Positions 18,262-28,723 are shown, numbered from the stretch's first letter. The stretch is 64,000 nt of DNA from an uncultured virus (IMG/VR IMGVR_UViG_3300047312_000347) (IMGVR_UViG_3300047312_000347); one strand, 5' to 3'. Notes: generated from the sequence alone by a model not told the origin. Numbers and translations: made by a program.

Positions 18262-18617
18262 AAGGCACCATGCTGGTCATTGCGCCCGGCGCCGACCCGG
18301 TGGCTACAGACTTTGCCGGGCCGCCCGATCTGCCGGCTTTGCAGAAGGCGGTCGGCGGCTACATTGAGGCCGTGCCCTATTTCAACGCGATCAATTATCG
18401 CGGCAAGTGGCGACGTTGCGTGGCGTTCTGCGACGAGGACGGCAAGCGCAAGCAACTGCCCTACAACGCGCTCGCCCATCTGTGCTGGGACGCTGCCTTG
18501 CGCCAGCTACCGCAGTTCAAGAAACAGCCGGCGGGCGACCGCCCGTCCAGCCCGGATTATCTCGTCGGGCCGGTGGTGGTCCTGTTTGGCGACGACGAAT
18601 GGATGGCCGAGCTATGA
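18258..18617 (+). CDS. DUF3846-like protein
   Basis: LQKAVGGYIEAV, CDEDGK..LPYN, LVGPVVV. Confidence 0.75.
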   Translation: MKGTMLVIAPGADPVATDFAGPPDLPALQKAVGGYIEAVPYFNAINYRGKWRRCVAFCDEDGKRKQLPYNALAHLCWDAALRQLPQFKKQPAGDRPSSPDYLVGPVVVLFGDDEWMAEL

Positions 18618-19057
18618 GCGTGCTGATCATCGGCGTGAAGGAGCAAGACGCCATCAAGGCCGCGCTGGCGCGTGCGCGCAAGAAGGTGATCCCGTTCGAT
18701 GTGCTCGCCGCCACCGCGATCGACCAATCAACCGGCGTCGTCACGCTGGAGGAACGCCGCAAAGGCCCGCGTGGCGATTTCCATCGGCCGATCTCGGAGC
18801 AAGTCCTGTTGCCGATCGGCTACCGGCTTGCGATCAGCTACGAGGAACAGCCGGCGGGCTTGTGCCTGCACCTGTCGATGTCCGTGGACAATAAACCGGG
18901 CGCGGCGCCGCACCCCACCAAATTTGCTGCCGTGCTGCGTGCCTGCGGCATCAAGGAGCCCGGCCGCACGTGGATCGAGGAATTCACCATCGACGGCAAG
19001 CCCGGTGGCTTGGCGGTCAATGCCGTGTTCTTGGTCGAGCCGCGAGCGATGCAATGA
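18614..19057 (+). CDS. Hypothetical protein
   Basis: ATGA overlap; SYEEQPAGLCLHLSMSV. Confidence 0.7.
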   Translation: MSVLIIGVKEQDAIKAALARARKKVIPFDVLAATAIDQSTGVVTLEERRKGPRGDFHRPISEQVLLPIGYRLAISYEEQPAGLCLHLSMSVDNKPGAAPHPTKFAAVLRACGIKEPGRTWIEEFTIDGKPGGLAVNAVFLVEPRAMQ

Positions 19058-19072
19058 ACCGAGGAATGACCA

Positions 19073-19321
19073 ATGGCATTTGGACCGGGCAAATACGATG
19101 ACATCACTAGCCGCGTGCGGGCCGAAGTCGGCATCACCGATCAGACCGGCGGCGGCGTGCTGGTGATCGTCCTGGGCGGCGATCGTGGCGACGGCTTCTC
19201 CTGTCAGGCCGACGCCGCCACCACGCTGGCGATCCCCGACATTCTGGAGAACGTCAGCAAGCAAATTCGCCGGGACACCCTTATTGCTTCTGCGCCCGCT
19301 CCAGCAACCTCGCGACGTTGA
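19073..19321 (+). CDS. Hypothetical protein
   Basis: GPGKYDD motif, GAGG RBS. Confidence 0.65.
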   Translation: MAFGPGKYDDITSRVRAEVGITDQTGGGVLVIVLGGDRGDGFSCQADAATTLAIPDILENVSKQIRRDTLIASAPAPATSRR

Positions 19322-19544
19322 CCGGGACGAGATCGAGCACCGTCTTGCACCATAGACCAAACAACTGCTTGCGCAGTTTTTTCACGTCATCGCTTTCGTG
19401 ATTCGCAAAATCCTGATGGCCGGCGAGCCACATCGCCATGAGATCGGCCAGCACCGCGCTCTGCACGTGCGGCGGATAGCCGGCCAGCAGCGGCGCGATC
19501 TTATCGACCAGCTCGATGGCGGTGTCCGCTTGCTCGCTGCTCAT
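19281..19544 (-). CDS. Hypothetical protein
   Basis: ATGA overlap with LuxR gene; similar to 17357..17680. Confidence 0.65.
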   Translation of the reverse strand: MSSEQADTAIELVDKIAPLLAGYPPHVQSAVLADLMAMWLAGHQDFANHESDDVKKLRKQLFGLWCKTVLDLVPVNVARLLERAQKQ

Positions 19545-19798
19545 CGCAGCAGTCCCTCGCGCATCGCGATGGCGACCGCGTGGGCGCGATCCTTGGCGCC
19601 GAGTTTCAGGAGAATCACGCGAACATAGCCGCGGACAGTGTTCTTGCTGACCTTCAACCGCAGGCCAATTTCGTCCGTGGCGAGGCCCTGAGCGATCAGG
19701 CGCAGGACTTCCAACTGTCGATCCGTCAATGGCCGGCGGCGCCCTTCTTGCACAAATGGTGGTTTTGCCACGCCGCTTTCTTCTTGCCTTACGTACAT
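19541..19798 (-). CDS. LuxR-type HTH-only regulator
   Basis: LTDRQLEVLRLIAQG...EIG..L.VSKNTV...KLGAKDRAHAV. Confidence 0.85.
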   Translation of the reverse strand: MYVRQEESGVAKPPFVQEGRRRPLTDRQLEVLRLIAQGLATDEIGLRLKVSKNTVRGYVRVILLKLGAKDRAHAVAIAMREGLLR

Positions 19799-20112
19799 GA
19801 ACCGATCTCCCTGTATTCTGTACCCTCCGAATGGACCGCTGCAATATGTTGCTTTGCGACCATATCCAATTGGAGTACTGCACAATAATGTGATCGGCAG
19901 CGGTCTTCCACAAGTGGTCGGGCGTCCCGAGGCGATCCACCGCTATGGGTTGTGGCCAGGATAATCTGTCGCAGGCACCGCAATACCATGCCCTGAAACT
20001 GTGCAATGCAACCCCTGGACGGCCGTGAATAGCGGGGAAAGTATTTCGACATGGGCAGCCCTTTCCGCGGCGCCCGAGAAATCAACTGAGGCAAAATGGG
20101 AGTGGAACAATC

Positions 20113-20454
20113 ATGACTGTGACACCAGAAGACCGTGACATCGGCAGGCGCATCCGACAAATCCGCACGAGCCGTGCCATGTCGCAAGATGAGCTTGGTC
20201 AGAAGATCGGTGAGAGCCGGGACATCATCAAAAACCTTGAAAGCGGTCGCACGGCACTAAAGGGGCTGCGCGCGAAGCGCATAGCCGAGGTCTTGTTTGT
20301 CGCTGTCGATGATCTGTACGCTCCTACAACCGCGCCGGTGCCACGGGCAGGAATGCGGAAGAAGTTTCGCGTGGAAGACTACCAACCTCTAGACCTTGTC
20401 TTGTTCGAAGCGAAGTGGCGCGCTCAAGCGGAACCTGATGAGATCGCAGCATGA
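20113..20454 (+). CDS. XRE-family HTH regulator
   Basis: IGRRIRQIR...MSQDELGQKIG...IKNLESG. Confidence 0.85.
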   Translation: MTVTPEDRDIGRRIRQIRTSRAMSQDELGQKIGESRDIIKNLESGRTALKGLRAKRIAEVLFVAVDDLYAPTTAPVPRAGMRKKFRVEDYQPLDLVLFEAKWRAQAEPDEIAA

Positions 20455-20969
20455 AAAGCTACCACGGACACCGGAACAATCCCGGCGGCTGCGTCGTGCG
20501 CGTGATCGAGACGGATGGGATCGAGCTGGTCAAGAGCGGCCTGCTCGATCCGCGGCTCGATCTGTCCAATCATTCGCCCACCGGCTTTGAATGGGGCTAT
20601 GGCGGCAGCGGCCCGGCGCAGCTCGCGCTCGCGATCCTGGCCGACGCCTTGGGCGATGCGAGGGCCGCCCTGGCGCTGCACCAGGGCTTCAAGTTCAAGG
20701 TGATCGCCGCGCTCGACCGCAACAAATCGTGGGAGCTGTACCTGCCGGACGTGCTCAAGGCCGCCGTCGAGGTCGCGGAACCGTGCGCGCTGCTGCGCGA
20801 TGCCGGCCGGATATTCCGCATCTGCGGTGACTGCGGGCGCTTCCTGCAAAGCCGCGGCATGGCGAACGCGGACGAAGCCGGCGTGCTCGACATCGCGCCC
20901 GGCTACACCGCCGAGCAAGTGGGCGCCGCCGCCAAGGCGCACCACGGCAAGAAAGAGGGCTTGACATGA
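20451..20969 (+). CDS. DUF6166-like protein
   Basis: NHSPTGFEWGYGGSGPAQLALAIL. Confidence 0.75.
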   Translation: MKSYHGHRNNPGGCVVRVIETDGIELVKSGLLDPRLDLSNHSPTGFEWGYGGSGPAQLALAILADALGDARAALALHQGFKFKVIAALDRNKSWELYLPDVLKAAVEVAEPCALLRDAGRIFRICGDCGRFLQSRGMANADEAGVLDIAPGYTAEQVGAAAKAHHGKKEGLT

Positions 20970-21202
20970 CTGACACGCCCCCAATCAACATTATCGACCT
21001 CAAACGGTTGCGGGCCGAACGCGATGACCTGATGAAGGCCAACGCGCTGTTGCACGCGCTTATCGGCAACCGCGAGGTCGAGATCGTGCGGCTGCGAGCG
21101 GCGCTCAAGGAAATCCAGGATAATGGCTATCGCGCCGCTTTATGCCATGCGGTAGCAAAAACCGCCCTGGAGCAAATCCCCATGACCCCTGGCTCTGTTT
21201 GA
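20966..21202 (+). CDS. Small protein of the EIxRLRAAL/ALEQ family
   Basis: Shares motifs with the 48.8-49.7 kb array. Confidence 0.6.
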   Translation: MTDTPPINIIDLKRLRAERDDLMKANALLHALIGNREVEIVRLRAALKEIQDNGYRAALCHAVAKTALEQIPMTPGSV

Positions 21203-21297
21203 GCTTGTCAAAAAAGACCCCGCCTTGCGTTGGCGGTGTGTGAAGGTGGGTTGGGTTTGAACAATCAACGCCGCGGAACCTGCCGCGGCCGGCAAAG

Positions 21298-21540
21298 TCA
21301 CCGGTAGTTCAGGTGAAGCTGCGGAATACCTGGGCCGAAGCCGAATAGACCGGAGAGCCAGACCAGAACGGCAATGATGCAGATCAAACCGACGATGATC
21401 TTGCCCCACTTGTAGACCTCCGGGTCTATCGTCCAGCCCATGAAGCCACGGATCAGCCACACGATGCAGAACGCGACGAAGATGACGATTGCGATGTAGA
21501 GCAACAGATAGGCGAAGCTGATCAGAATGCTCATGTGCAT
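21298..21540 (-). CDS. Two-TM membrane protein (holin-like)
   Basis: Two hydrophobic helices; resembles 30037..30288. Confidence 0.6.
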   Translation of the reverse strand: MHMSILISFAYLLLYIAIVIFVAFCIVWLIRGFMGWTIDPEVYKWGKIIVGLICIIAVLVWLSGLFGFGPGIPQLHLNYR

Positions 21541-21544
21541 CCTC

Positions 21545-21820
21545 CTACGGGTTGATGTTTAATTTTTTGGTCATCACATCGACAATGCGGTTGAGCGATT
21601 CCTTGTTGTCCCTGGTCTGAGCCTCCAGCACCGTCAGGCGATTGTTGATCTCCTGAAGATGCGGTGAGCCGCGGACCTCCAGCGTCGTGACCCGTGTTTC
21701 CAGCCGCACCATGTACGCCGTCATGCTGAGAACCGCGGCGCCGACAGCGATGCCTTGCGCGATGAGAAAGACGACGAGCGTGTGGTTTTCCGAAAACCAC
21801 GATTTCACCGATGTCATCAT
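21545..21820 (-). CDS. TM plus coiled-coil lysis-region protein
   Basis: Close paralogue of 54413..54688, which lies beside the amidase. Confidence 0.7.
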   Translation of the reverse strand: MMTSVKSWFSENHTLVVFLIAQGIAVGAAVLSMTAYMVRLETRVTTLEVRGSPHLQEINNRLTVLEAQTRDNKESLNRIVDVMTKKLNINP

Positions 21821-21954
21821 GGGTACATCGCCTCCAGCGTATGCACCGCCCAGATCCCGCCCGCGAGGAACAGCACAAAGCCGACGATCAGGATCAAGTC
21901 CCAAGCGGCTGCACGACACTGACTGCCAAAGGCTTTGCGGCTCTCGCGCGTCAT
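21817..21954 (-). CDS. 45-aa membrane peptide
   Basis: [31 protein letters not shown] overlaps at both ends; below ORF-track cutoff. Confidence 0.55.
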   Translation of the reverse strand: MTRESRKAFGSQCRAAAWDLILIVGFVLFLAGGIWAVHTLEAMYP

Positions 21955-22232
21955 GGCGGCGGCTTCGCCATCTTCGTGATGAAGTCCACGAGCGTCAGCG
22001 GCGGTGCGCCCTCGATCGCGCGCAGCCGGTTCTCGTGGTCATAGAGCACGGTGCTTTCCGGCTGCGGCTCTGGCGCCACCGGCTCGGGCGGCACGTAGGG
22101 ATCTGGAACGCCGCCGTCCGCGAGCCATGTTTGGTACTCGATCCAATCACGATTGGCCGGGTCGTTGGGAATGCACGCGCCGTCCGAAGTGCGGATAACA
22201 ACATCGGTGCTTGTTAGTTGATAGTCTGCCAT
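21951..22232 (-). CDS. Tail fibre assembly/chaperone-like protein
   Basis: [18 protein letters not shown] motif after fibre gene. Confidence 0.75.
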   Translation of the reverse strand: MADYQLTSTDVVIRTSDGACIPNDPANRDWIEYQTWLADGGVPDPYVPPEPVAPEPQPESTVLYDHENRLRAIEGAPPLTLVDFITKMAKPPP

Positions 22233-22233
22233 C

Positions 22234-24501
22234 TCAAAGCCTCGCGTCGGCGGCCCAATGCGCCTGCATGTTGAGGTACGAACTAGAACCAGCAGTAGTG
22301 GAATGGAACGTGAAAGCGGCCTGCCCTAAATAAGAAATACTGGCAGCAACGTCTCCTCCTGCCATGCCGTCGTATACTTTGCCCGCCGCACCAGAAACAC
22401 CAGAGAACATAGTTACCGTTGGGTTGGCTCGCATCGCAGGAGTCAATTCGATTGTTCGATAGCAATCATGGCTGGCGGCAGACAGACCATCTTGGTAGAA
22501 CAATCGTATATTTCCGGCTGATGCAGTGCCGGGATTTGTCCCTGGCTCGAAACTTTTTTGATAATAGCGGCGGCAGAGCGCCAGCGCCTGATCAGGCGTC
22601 GGCATGCAAAATGGCGACATAGCTGCACTTGGCGCCTCGTTGCCAGCCAAAAAAATCACACCGGTTAGCCGAAACCCATTCCCCGAGGCTGCGAGTAGAT
22701 TTGTCTGTCCTGGCACACCGAGAAAATTTCCGCTATTCCAACTATTCGCTGACGGAGCGACGTAATTCGCCCCGGTGGCAACGCAAAAATCAACGCTTCC
22801 CCAAAGAGTATTGTCGCTGCTCCACGTCCCGGTCGTTGCGCCGGGGATTGTGATCGTTTTGTATTCCAGAGCACTTGCCACGTTCTGCGTGTAGGACGCA
22901 ACGTAACTTAGATTGAATGAAGGATTGCGCACAGCAACGGAATACGTTCCGGCCACTGTATGACAAGTCCAGAAGCCTATAGTAAGCGGTCGCGCACCTG
23001 CTGTACCCCATGACAATCTGGCGACGCGATTGCCCTCAAGTCTCTGACTGACGGCCAACCAATCAGTTGCGCTCAGCGTTGGTTGCGCGGTCCCCACCCC
23101 AAGCCCAAGCCAATTCGGAAAGCCAGGAACCAATGGGCTCGACTGTTGTGATGCACTTACAGTACCGCCGCCGCCAAGCGTTAAGCCCAACACCCATCCG
23201 TCAACGATGTAGCCGTTGTTGGTAGACGTTGCGACTCCCGTTTTCTCTTGATTGATTTCAAACCCACCATTGATCTGCAATCCGGTAGATGCCACCCCGT
23301 TTGACGGCGCGGCGAGAGTGTTGTTAGAAATTGCGACTGTGTAGCTGCCAGCCATGACGGTGCAGCCGCTGAAAATGACCGGCCCGGCCGTTCCGGTAAT
23401 TTCCACAAGGTACTTCGGCGTCGCAACGCCGGAATTTGGCGTCAGGAATTTGCAGCCGAGAAACGCGACATTGGCGCGGCTCGAAGCCAGCACATGAGAG
23501 TAGCTGCCGCTTGCCTGTTGCGAGTTGTCCAGAAACATGCAGCCGAAGAATTGAACGGGATAGTCGCCACTGTTGGCACCACCGGAGATTTTGACGCCTT
23601 GCTGCCCGCAACCGTTAAAGACGCACTCATGGAAACCCATATAGCCGTAGGTGCCCTGGATGTTGAAAGCAGAGGCTTGTGATGCCGTCCCATTGTGGAA
23701 GAAATCACAGCCGAAGAATTTTGCCGAGAAAACATTGTTGAAGACAACGACATCTTGCGTGTTTGTCAGCGGGCAACCGATTGCGCACTGAACAAAGCTA
23801 TGGTCGCCGTTGTTCTGAAAGTTCAGGAGATTGCTGTTGGAGTAGAGTCCATTGACGCGCTGAAAGTAGCCGAAGTTGCGTTGGTTGCCGCAATAGAGTC
23901 CGTATTGCGGCGACCCGTCGAGAAAAACATCTTCGAGCCACGGTGCGTATCCGTACAGCGATCCGCCAGGGCCATCTGGACAATAAATTGAATGACCTGT
24001 CGTTGCGGTGCCGGGCGTGCCATCGAAGCCAAGCCCGGTGATGCGCGTCTGCGCCGCTCGCGCAGCGGTCGCGCTTTGATCAATGAAGCTGATCGTCAAC
24101 AGATGACCATTGACGTTTGGAGGTCGCTTGATGATCGAGCTACGACTGCCATCTCCGATAAGCGATGGGTTGTGCGTGGCCAAGCCTGTTGACGGATTGG
24201 TTATCGGCGTGATGACAAGACCAACCGCAATGTAGACACCGGCGGGGAAATAGACGGCAGCATTTGTTGGTCCAGCCGCGTTGATTGCGGCCTGTATTGC
24301 AGCGGTGTCGTTGGTGACGCCGTTACCCGTTGCGCCATATGCCTGCACGTTGAACAAACTACCAAGGCCATAAGATGCACCAGACACCGGGCCGCCAACC
24401 GTTGTCCACTTCACGCCGTCCCAGGTGTAGACCGGCGCACCGGAAACGGGCGGCTGCGGATATTTCTGGCCGACAGTCGGTGCGTTGGGGAAATCAAGCA
24501 T
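22234..24501 (-). CDS. Tailspike with pectate-lyase-like beta-helix
   Basis: [31 protein letters not shown]; fibre C-domain ending LCRRYY...DARL. Confidence 0.8.
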   Translation of the reverse strand: MLDFPNAPTVGQKYPQPPVSGAPVYTWDGVKWTTVGGPVSGASYGLGSLFNVQAYGATGNGVTNDTAAIQAAINAAGPTNAAVYFPAGVYIAVGLVITPITNPSTGLATHNPSLIGDGSRSSIIKRPPNVNGHLLTISFIDQSATAARAAQTRITGLGFDGTPGTATTGHSIYCPDGPGGSLYGYAPWLEDVFLDGSPQYGLYCGNQRNFGYFQRVNGLYSNSNLLNFQNNGDHSFVQCAIGCPLTNTQDVVVFNNVFSAKFFGCDFFHNGTASQASAFNIQGTYGYMGFHECVFNGCGQQGVKISGGANSGDYPVQFFGCMFLDNSQQASGSYSHVLASSRANVAFLGCKFLTPNSGVATPKYLVEITGTAGPVIFSGCTVMAGSYTVAISNNTLAAPSNGVASTGLQINGGFEINQEKTGVATSTNNGYIVDGWVLGLTLGGGGTVSASQQSSPLVPGFPNWLGLGVGTAQPTLSATDWLAVSQRLEGNRVARLSWGTAGARPLTIGFWTCHTVAGTYSVAVRNPSFNLSYVASYTQNVASALEYKTITIPGATTGTWSSDNTLWGSVDFCVATGANYVAPSANSWNSGNFLGVPGQTNLLAASGNGFRLTGVIFLAGNEAPSAAMSPFCMPTPDQALALCRRYYQKSFEPGTNPGTASAGNIRLFYQDGLSAASHDCYRTIELTPAMRANPTVTMFSGVSGAAGKVYDGMAGGDVAASISYLGQAAFTFHSTTAGSSSYLNMQAHWAADARL

Positions 24502-24503
24502 GA

Positions 24504-25742
24504 TCAAAGCCTCGCGTCCAATTGTAGATCGAAGCTATAGCCTGTGTTCAGCGTCAACGGGGCGCCTGAGAAGATGACCCCACTCAGTCGATCTGGCGTA
24601 AGCACGCTGGTTGCGGTCAAAGTTGCTGCAAGGTAAGCACCGTTGAAATCATTTCTGACCTGATTTTGCACGCCATTACACCATATCGAAAGAGTCGGTT
24701 GCGCGCGCATTGGGTCGAACTTCCACGAGCCGAAGATGGCGTTAGTCCCCACCGTATAGGTGTTGCCCATAAGCGAGCCACTTCCCCCGCCTTTCGGCAC
24801 CTGACTGTTCGTGCATTGCCAGTAGCGACGGCAAAGCAAAAGTTCCTGATCGAACGACCGCATGATGAACGGCGAGCGCGCGGCGGATGGCGCCTCGATG
24901 CCGGGCAGCACGACCAGGCCGGTGAGGCGGAAGGAGTCGGATGTCGCAGCAACCGCATTCACCTGTCCTGGCGCAGCGGAATAGTTTCCTGCCAACCAAG
25001 TATTTGCCGATGATGCCGTTGCGCTAGAGCCTGCCGCCAGCGCAAAAACAACACTCATTCCAACCGTGTTGTCGGTAGCCCAGACGCCTGCTGTGTCGCC
25101 CGGAATGGTGACGACATTGTACTGCCCTACGTCAGCAGCACTCTGCGTATAGGTAAAGGCATAGCAACGATTGCTGGCGCTGTTGAGAACAGTACCGCTG
25201 TAAAGGCCCGGCCTGTGGTGGCTCGTCCAGAAGCCCAGCGTAATCGGCTGCGCATTTACAGTGCCCCACGCCAGCCGGGCAACGCGATAGCCTTCGATGG
25301 GTTGATAGATCTGCGCCACATCGGAAGCGCCGAGCGAGACTTCTGGCGTTTGAACACTCACACCCAATGAGCGAGCAAATCCCGGAACAATATTCGACGT
25401 CTGCGCAGCAGTGACCACCATCGTGCCGACGAAATACAGCCTCCAGTTATCGCAAGGATAACTACCGTTAACGGTGGTCCCGCTGGCAGCTTTCTCTTGG
25501 CTGACCTCCATTCCTCCGTTGATCTGCATACCGTTGTAGGCGAGCGCATCGAACGGCGCGGCGTAGACGTTGCTGCGGCCCTGCGTCTGCTGCGTATCTG
25601 TCAGCGATTGCGGGATGTCGACGCGCACCGGCGCGCCGTAAAGCTCGGTGAAATTTCCATTCGCCTTTATCCACGCGGTCCGCATCGGATCGCCCGTGCT
25701 ATCATTCGGCGCCGAGCCCACATTGATGATCTGTTGAGTCAC
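24504..25742 (-). CDS. Tail fibre-like protein
   Basis: INVGSAPNDSTGDPMRTAW.K.N.NFTELY; C-domain shared with tailspike. Confidence 0.75.
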   Translation of the reverse strand: MTQQIINVGSAPNDSTGDPMRTAWIKANGNFTELYGAPVRVDIPQSLTDTQQTQGRSNVYAAPFDALAYNGMQINGGMEVSQEKAASGTTVNGSYPCDNWRLYFVGTMVVTAAQTSNIVPGFARSLGVSVQTPEVSLGASDVAQIYQPIEGYRVARLAWGTVNAQPITLGFWTSHHRPGLYSGTVLNSASNRCYAFTYTQSAADVGQYNVVTIPGDTAGVWATDNTVGMSVVFALAAGSSATASSANTWLAGNYSAAPGQVNAVAATSDSFRLTGLVVLPGIEAPSAARSPFIMRSFDQELLLCRRYWQCTNSQVPKGGGSGSLMGNTYTVGTNAIFGSWKFDPMRAQPTLSIWCNGVQNQVRNDFNGAYLAATLTATSVLTPDRLSGVIFSGAPLTLNTGYSFDLQLDARL

Positions 25743-25745
25743 CGA

Positions 25746-26072
25746 CTATCTGCCATTCTTCTTCAGGTCGAATTCATCTTCCATGTGGTAGGCCATGCGG
25801 ACAACTTGCGTGTGCGGGATCACCGTCCTTCGTCTGCCTGTGACAGCGTCATAGTGGTTGGCCAGAAGCATCTGCTTGCCGCGCCCGAACAGCTCGTCGA
25901 ATTTCTGTTCGGCATCCTTCCGCAAAGGATAGTTCTGCCGGATCGCATTGATCAGCACGTTGACGGCGGCTCCCATCACCGCATCCAAAGGCATGCCGAT
26001 CGACGCACGGGTGATGACGTCGAACAGCAGTTTTTCGTTCTGCGGTAGATTTTTTAGGGGATCGCTAACCAT
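25746..26072 (-). CDS. Hypothetical protein
   Basis: Overlaps upstream stop, in operon. Confidence 0.6.
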   Translation of the reverse strand: MVSDPLKNLPQNEKLLFDVITRASIGMPLDAVMGAAVNVLINAIRQNYPLRKDAEQKFDELFGRGKQMLLANHYDAVTGRRRTVIPHTQVVRMAYHMEDEFDLKKNGR

Positions 26073-26694
26073 GAATGGCGTGATCCATGACCTTCGCGTA
26101 GTCGACGGCCTGATAGGCGCCAAACCGGCCGACGCAATCCGGATATTGCTGCGCTACTTCGTGCGCCAACACGCCAACCGAAGGGGTGTGCGAGCGGCGG
26201 TAGTTGTAGCGGTACAGCGGCAGGCCATCCGGCAACTCACCGATGCGGATGATGTCTTCCTTCGCCTCGGCATCGCTCAAGGTAAATATCCCCGAGGCGT
26301 TCCAAGTGATGACGATGTTGCCTCCATTAGGTGTGACTGGCAAACCAGTCACCGACGTATCTTCGAACAGCACCAGGCGCCAGGTGGTGTTGGCTCCGGC
26401 GTTCTGCCGGTAGATCACGATCGCCCCGACCACCGTGCCCGAGACCGCCGTGAAGGTGACGTCGTCACCGTCGAACGTCCCATTGGCGACCGTCGGGGTG
26501 GTGATCGGCTGCGGCGTGCCGACGATGTTCGTCAGTGACGAATAAAATTGATGCGCGGCCGAATACGCGTACCCGGACGAGGTCGTGATCAAGGCAGCGT
26601 AGGGCGCATTACTGCCCGTCTGGTTGAGTGACTTGTTGGCGTCGGCTTCGGTGAGAAGCGACTGCTTGAATAGCGGGTAGACTGCGTTAGCCAT
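26065..26694 (-). CDS. Minor virion protein with peptidase S74 chaperone domain
   Basis: DDVTFTAV..GLPVTPNGG..W..GIF; SDAEAKEDI...GVLAHEV...VDY. Confidence 0.7.
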   Translation of the reverse strand: MANAVYPLFKQSLLTEADANKSLNQTGSNAPYAALITTSSGYAYSAAHQFYSSLTNIVGTPQPITTPTVANGTFDGDDVTFTAVSGTVVGAIVIYRQNAGANTTWRLVLFEDTSVTGLPVTPNGGNIVITWNASGIFTLSDAEAKEDIIRIGELPDGLPLYRYNYRRSHTPSVGVLAHEVAQQYPDCVGRFGAYQAVDYAKVMDHAIHG

Positions 26695-26771
26695 GACGCT
26701 GGCCTCCTATGAAGAACTGGGGGATATGGAAAAACGGGGCGAGCGCTGGCACCCCAAACGAAACGCAGGCG

Positions 26772-27230
26772 CTACTTCTTCTTGGCCGGAGCGTCCGGTG
26801 CCTCGGCAACCGTGTTCAGCGCATCCACGCCACCACGGCCCATGATGCCGATGCCGGTTTCGGCGGCGAGCTTCTGCCAATCCTTCTTGGCCATCTTCTC
26901 ACGCGCCTCCTTGCCAGCCTCCTGGCCTGCCTGCATCAGCTCGGTTTCCTTCTCGGCCAATGCATGGCGTGACTTCTGCTCTTCCGGTGTCGCGGCCTCG
27001 ACCTCGGACGGCTCTTCCTTCTCGGGCTCGTGGCCCGAAACCTCGAGATGGCTCCCGCGCTTTGACGCATCCTGCAGGATCTTCGCCTGTGGCTCCGCGA
27101 CCTCGACCTCGGCCTCTTGGCCGGGGCCGATTACCTTTGCCTCACCGCTGGCGGCATGCAGAACGTGCGGGGCCTTACCGGTGTTCTTGACTTTGATCGT
27201 CTGCTTCGCGACTTCCTTGTGCTCGGTCAT
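26772..27230 (-). CDS. Hypothetical post-capsid protein
   Basis: GAGGAG RBS right after capsid gene. Confidence 0.7.
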   Translation of the reverse strand: MTEHKEVAKQTIKVKNTGKAPHVLHAASGEAKVIGPGQEAEVEVAEPQAKILQDASKRGSHLEVSGHEPEKEEPSEVEAATPEEQKSRHALAEKETELMQAGQEAGKEAREKMAKKDWQKLAAETGIGIMGRGGVDALNTVAEAPDAPAKKK

Positions 27231-27241
27231 AGAAGTTCTCC

Positions 27242-28195
27242 TCAAATTCCATCCAGGTATTGCATTGACTTGGGCCTTCTCACCTCGACGCCGCCGGTAC
27301 GGAAGATGCCGGGAACGTCGAACCGGAGCGTCGTGACTTGCATCGGCGGTCGGAAATTGAACGGCATCGGCAGATGCAGCTTGAGAATTTCCGGGGCACG
27401 CCGGTAGGCGATGGCACGGGCAACACCGCCGGCACCCGCCGTCTCGAGTCCGCGCACCGTGCGGATCGTGAGCGGATTGCCGGTCAACGCGGTGTAAGCA
27501 TTGCCGGTCTGGACGAGGTTGAGCCCAGTAACCGCCGTATTGGTGACGAGCGATTGTGCCAATGCCGTGAACCGATCCGGCGGCAGCAACAGCGTATCGG
27601 CGATTTCCGTTGTCAACGAGACGGTATAAACTCCCGACAGGATCAGGCCGATGTCGCGAGCCATCTGGTTGGCGGTCTTGGTCGACCACAAGGCCGACGA
27701 GCCGGTACCATCCGCTGGTGCGCCGGTGATCGTGACGTTCGGATCGTTCGTGAGCCCGGTCCAGCCCTTGGTGGTGTCGCCGAAGAACGCAATGCGATCG
27801 ATCATTTCCTCGGAGGCTCGGCGCGCAGCCTTGGCGCGTTCCATGACCCTGTTGATGGTCGGGCCGGAAATCATTGCTTGTTGGCCGGTCTCCTCCAAGG
27901 TCCAGTAGTAGCCGATCGCGGCCATTTCGATGCCCTGCTCGAATTTGTTGAGCATGACATCTGCGAACGGGACGTCTGCCGCAAGGTGATTGAACCAGCC
28001 TGCTTGGCCGACCTTGTCGCTCGATAAGAACGCGACCGATTTCATCCACTCATTGCCCGACGAATCGATCGGCACCAGGTTGGGATATTGGATCTCGGGA
28101 TAGGCCACCTCGTACACTTGAGGCTCGATATATTGTGCCTGCTGCACCACGAAGCTGAGCGCCTGCTGAGCAGCATCGCCGAATTGGTAACTCAT
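27242..28195 (-). CDS. Major capsid protein (DUF2184-like)
   Basis: YIEPQVYE..YP, IAFFGD..GWTGLTNDPNV, GGVEVRRP...YLDGI. Confidence 0.9.
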   Translation of the reverse strand: MSYQFGDAAQQALSFVVQQAQYIEPQVYEVAYPEIQYPNLVPIDSSGNEWMKSVAFLSSDKVGQAGWFNHLAADVPFADVMLNKFEQGIEMAAIGYYWTLEETGQQAMISGPTINRVMERAKAARRASEEMIDRIAFFGDTTKGWTGLTNDPNVTITGAPADGTGSSALWSTKTANQMARDIGLILSGVYTVSLTTEIADTLLLPPDRFTALAQSLVTNTAVTGLNLVQTGNAYTALTGNPLTIRTVRGLETAGAGGVARAIAYRRAPEILKLHLPMPFNFRPPMQVTTLRFDVPGIFRTGGVEVRRPKSMQYLDGI

Positions 28196-28219
28196 GTGTT
28201 GGTCTCCATCCTTGCCGGG

Positions 28220-28690
28220 TTACGCACCCGGAGCGGTTGCGGTAAGCCGCAGCAGCGCGAGCTGGCCGGCGCTGGCCGATGTGATGTAGCGCGAGGCCGG
28301 AATCGCCACGCCGGCCGCGACTGGGTTGAGCTGACCGGTCGTCGAATCGTAGGTCGCCGCCAAGCCGTGCGTGACGGCCGCGACCGGACGCACCCAGATA
28401 TCGCCCTCGTTCAACACCGCCATACTATCGCGCTGTTGATACAGATCGACGGTCTGACCGGATTTGATAATGAGCGTCGTGTCGATGGCGGTAATGCCGA
28501 TGAATTTTGTGGCGCCGCCGAGCACCGCGCCGCGCGCATTGGTGCCTTCCGACACCGCGCGCCCGAATGCGATGCCAGCCGCGGTTTCGCAGAGTCGAGT
28601 CTCTACATCATCATCATCAAGCATGCTGGCGATCTGACCTTCCAGGCCAGGCTGAAGCGTCGCGGAATAAGTAGTTTGAACAGCAGGCAT
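28220..28690 (-). CDS. Capsid decoration/cement protein
   Basis: IAFGRAV..G, GDIWV; between protease and capsid. Confidence 0.75.
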   Translation of the reverse strand: MPAVQTTYSATLQPGLEGQIASMLDDDDVETRLCETAAGIAFGRAVSEGTNARGAVLGGATKFIGITAIDTTLIIKSGQTVDLYQQRDSMAVLNEGDIWVRPVAAVTHGLAATYDSTTGQLNPVAAGVAIPASRYITSASAGQLALLRLTATAPGA

Positions 28691-28723
28691 GTGCTGCCTC
28701 CTTTCGCTGTTACGGGTTTGGGG

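Noticed and set aside
22234..25742. Diversity-generating retroelement or invertible shufflon
   Set aside because: No reverse transcriptase, no adenine-specific TR/VR pair, no adjacent invertase or inverted cassettes seen
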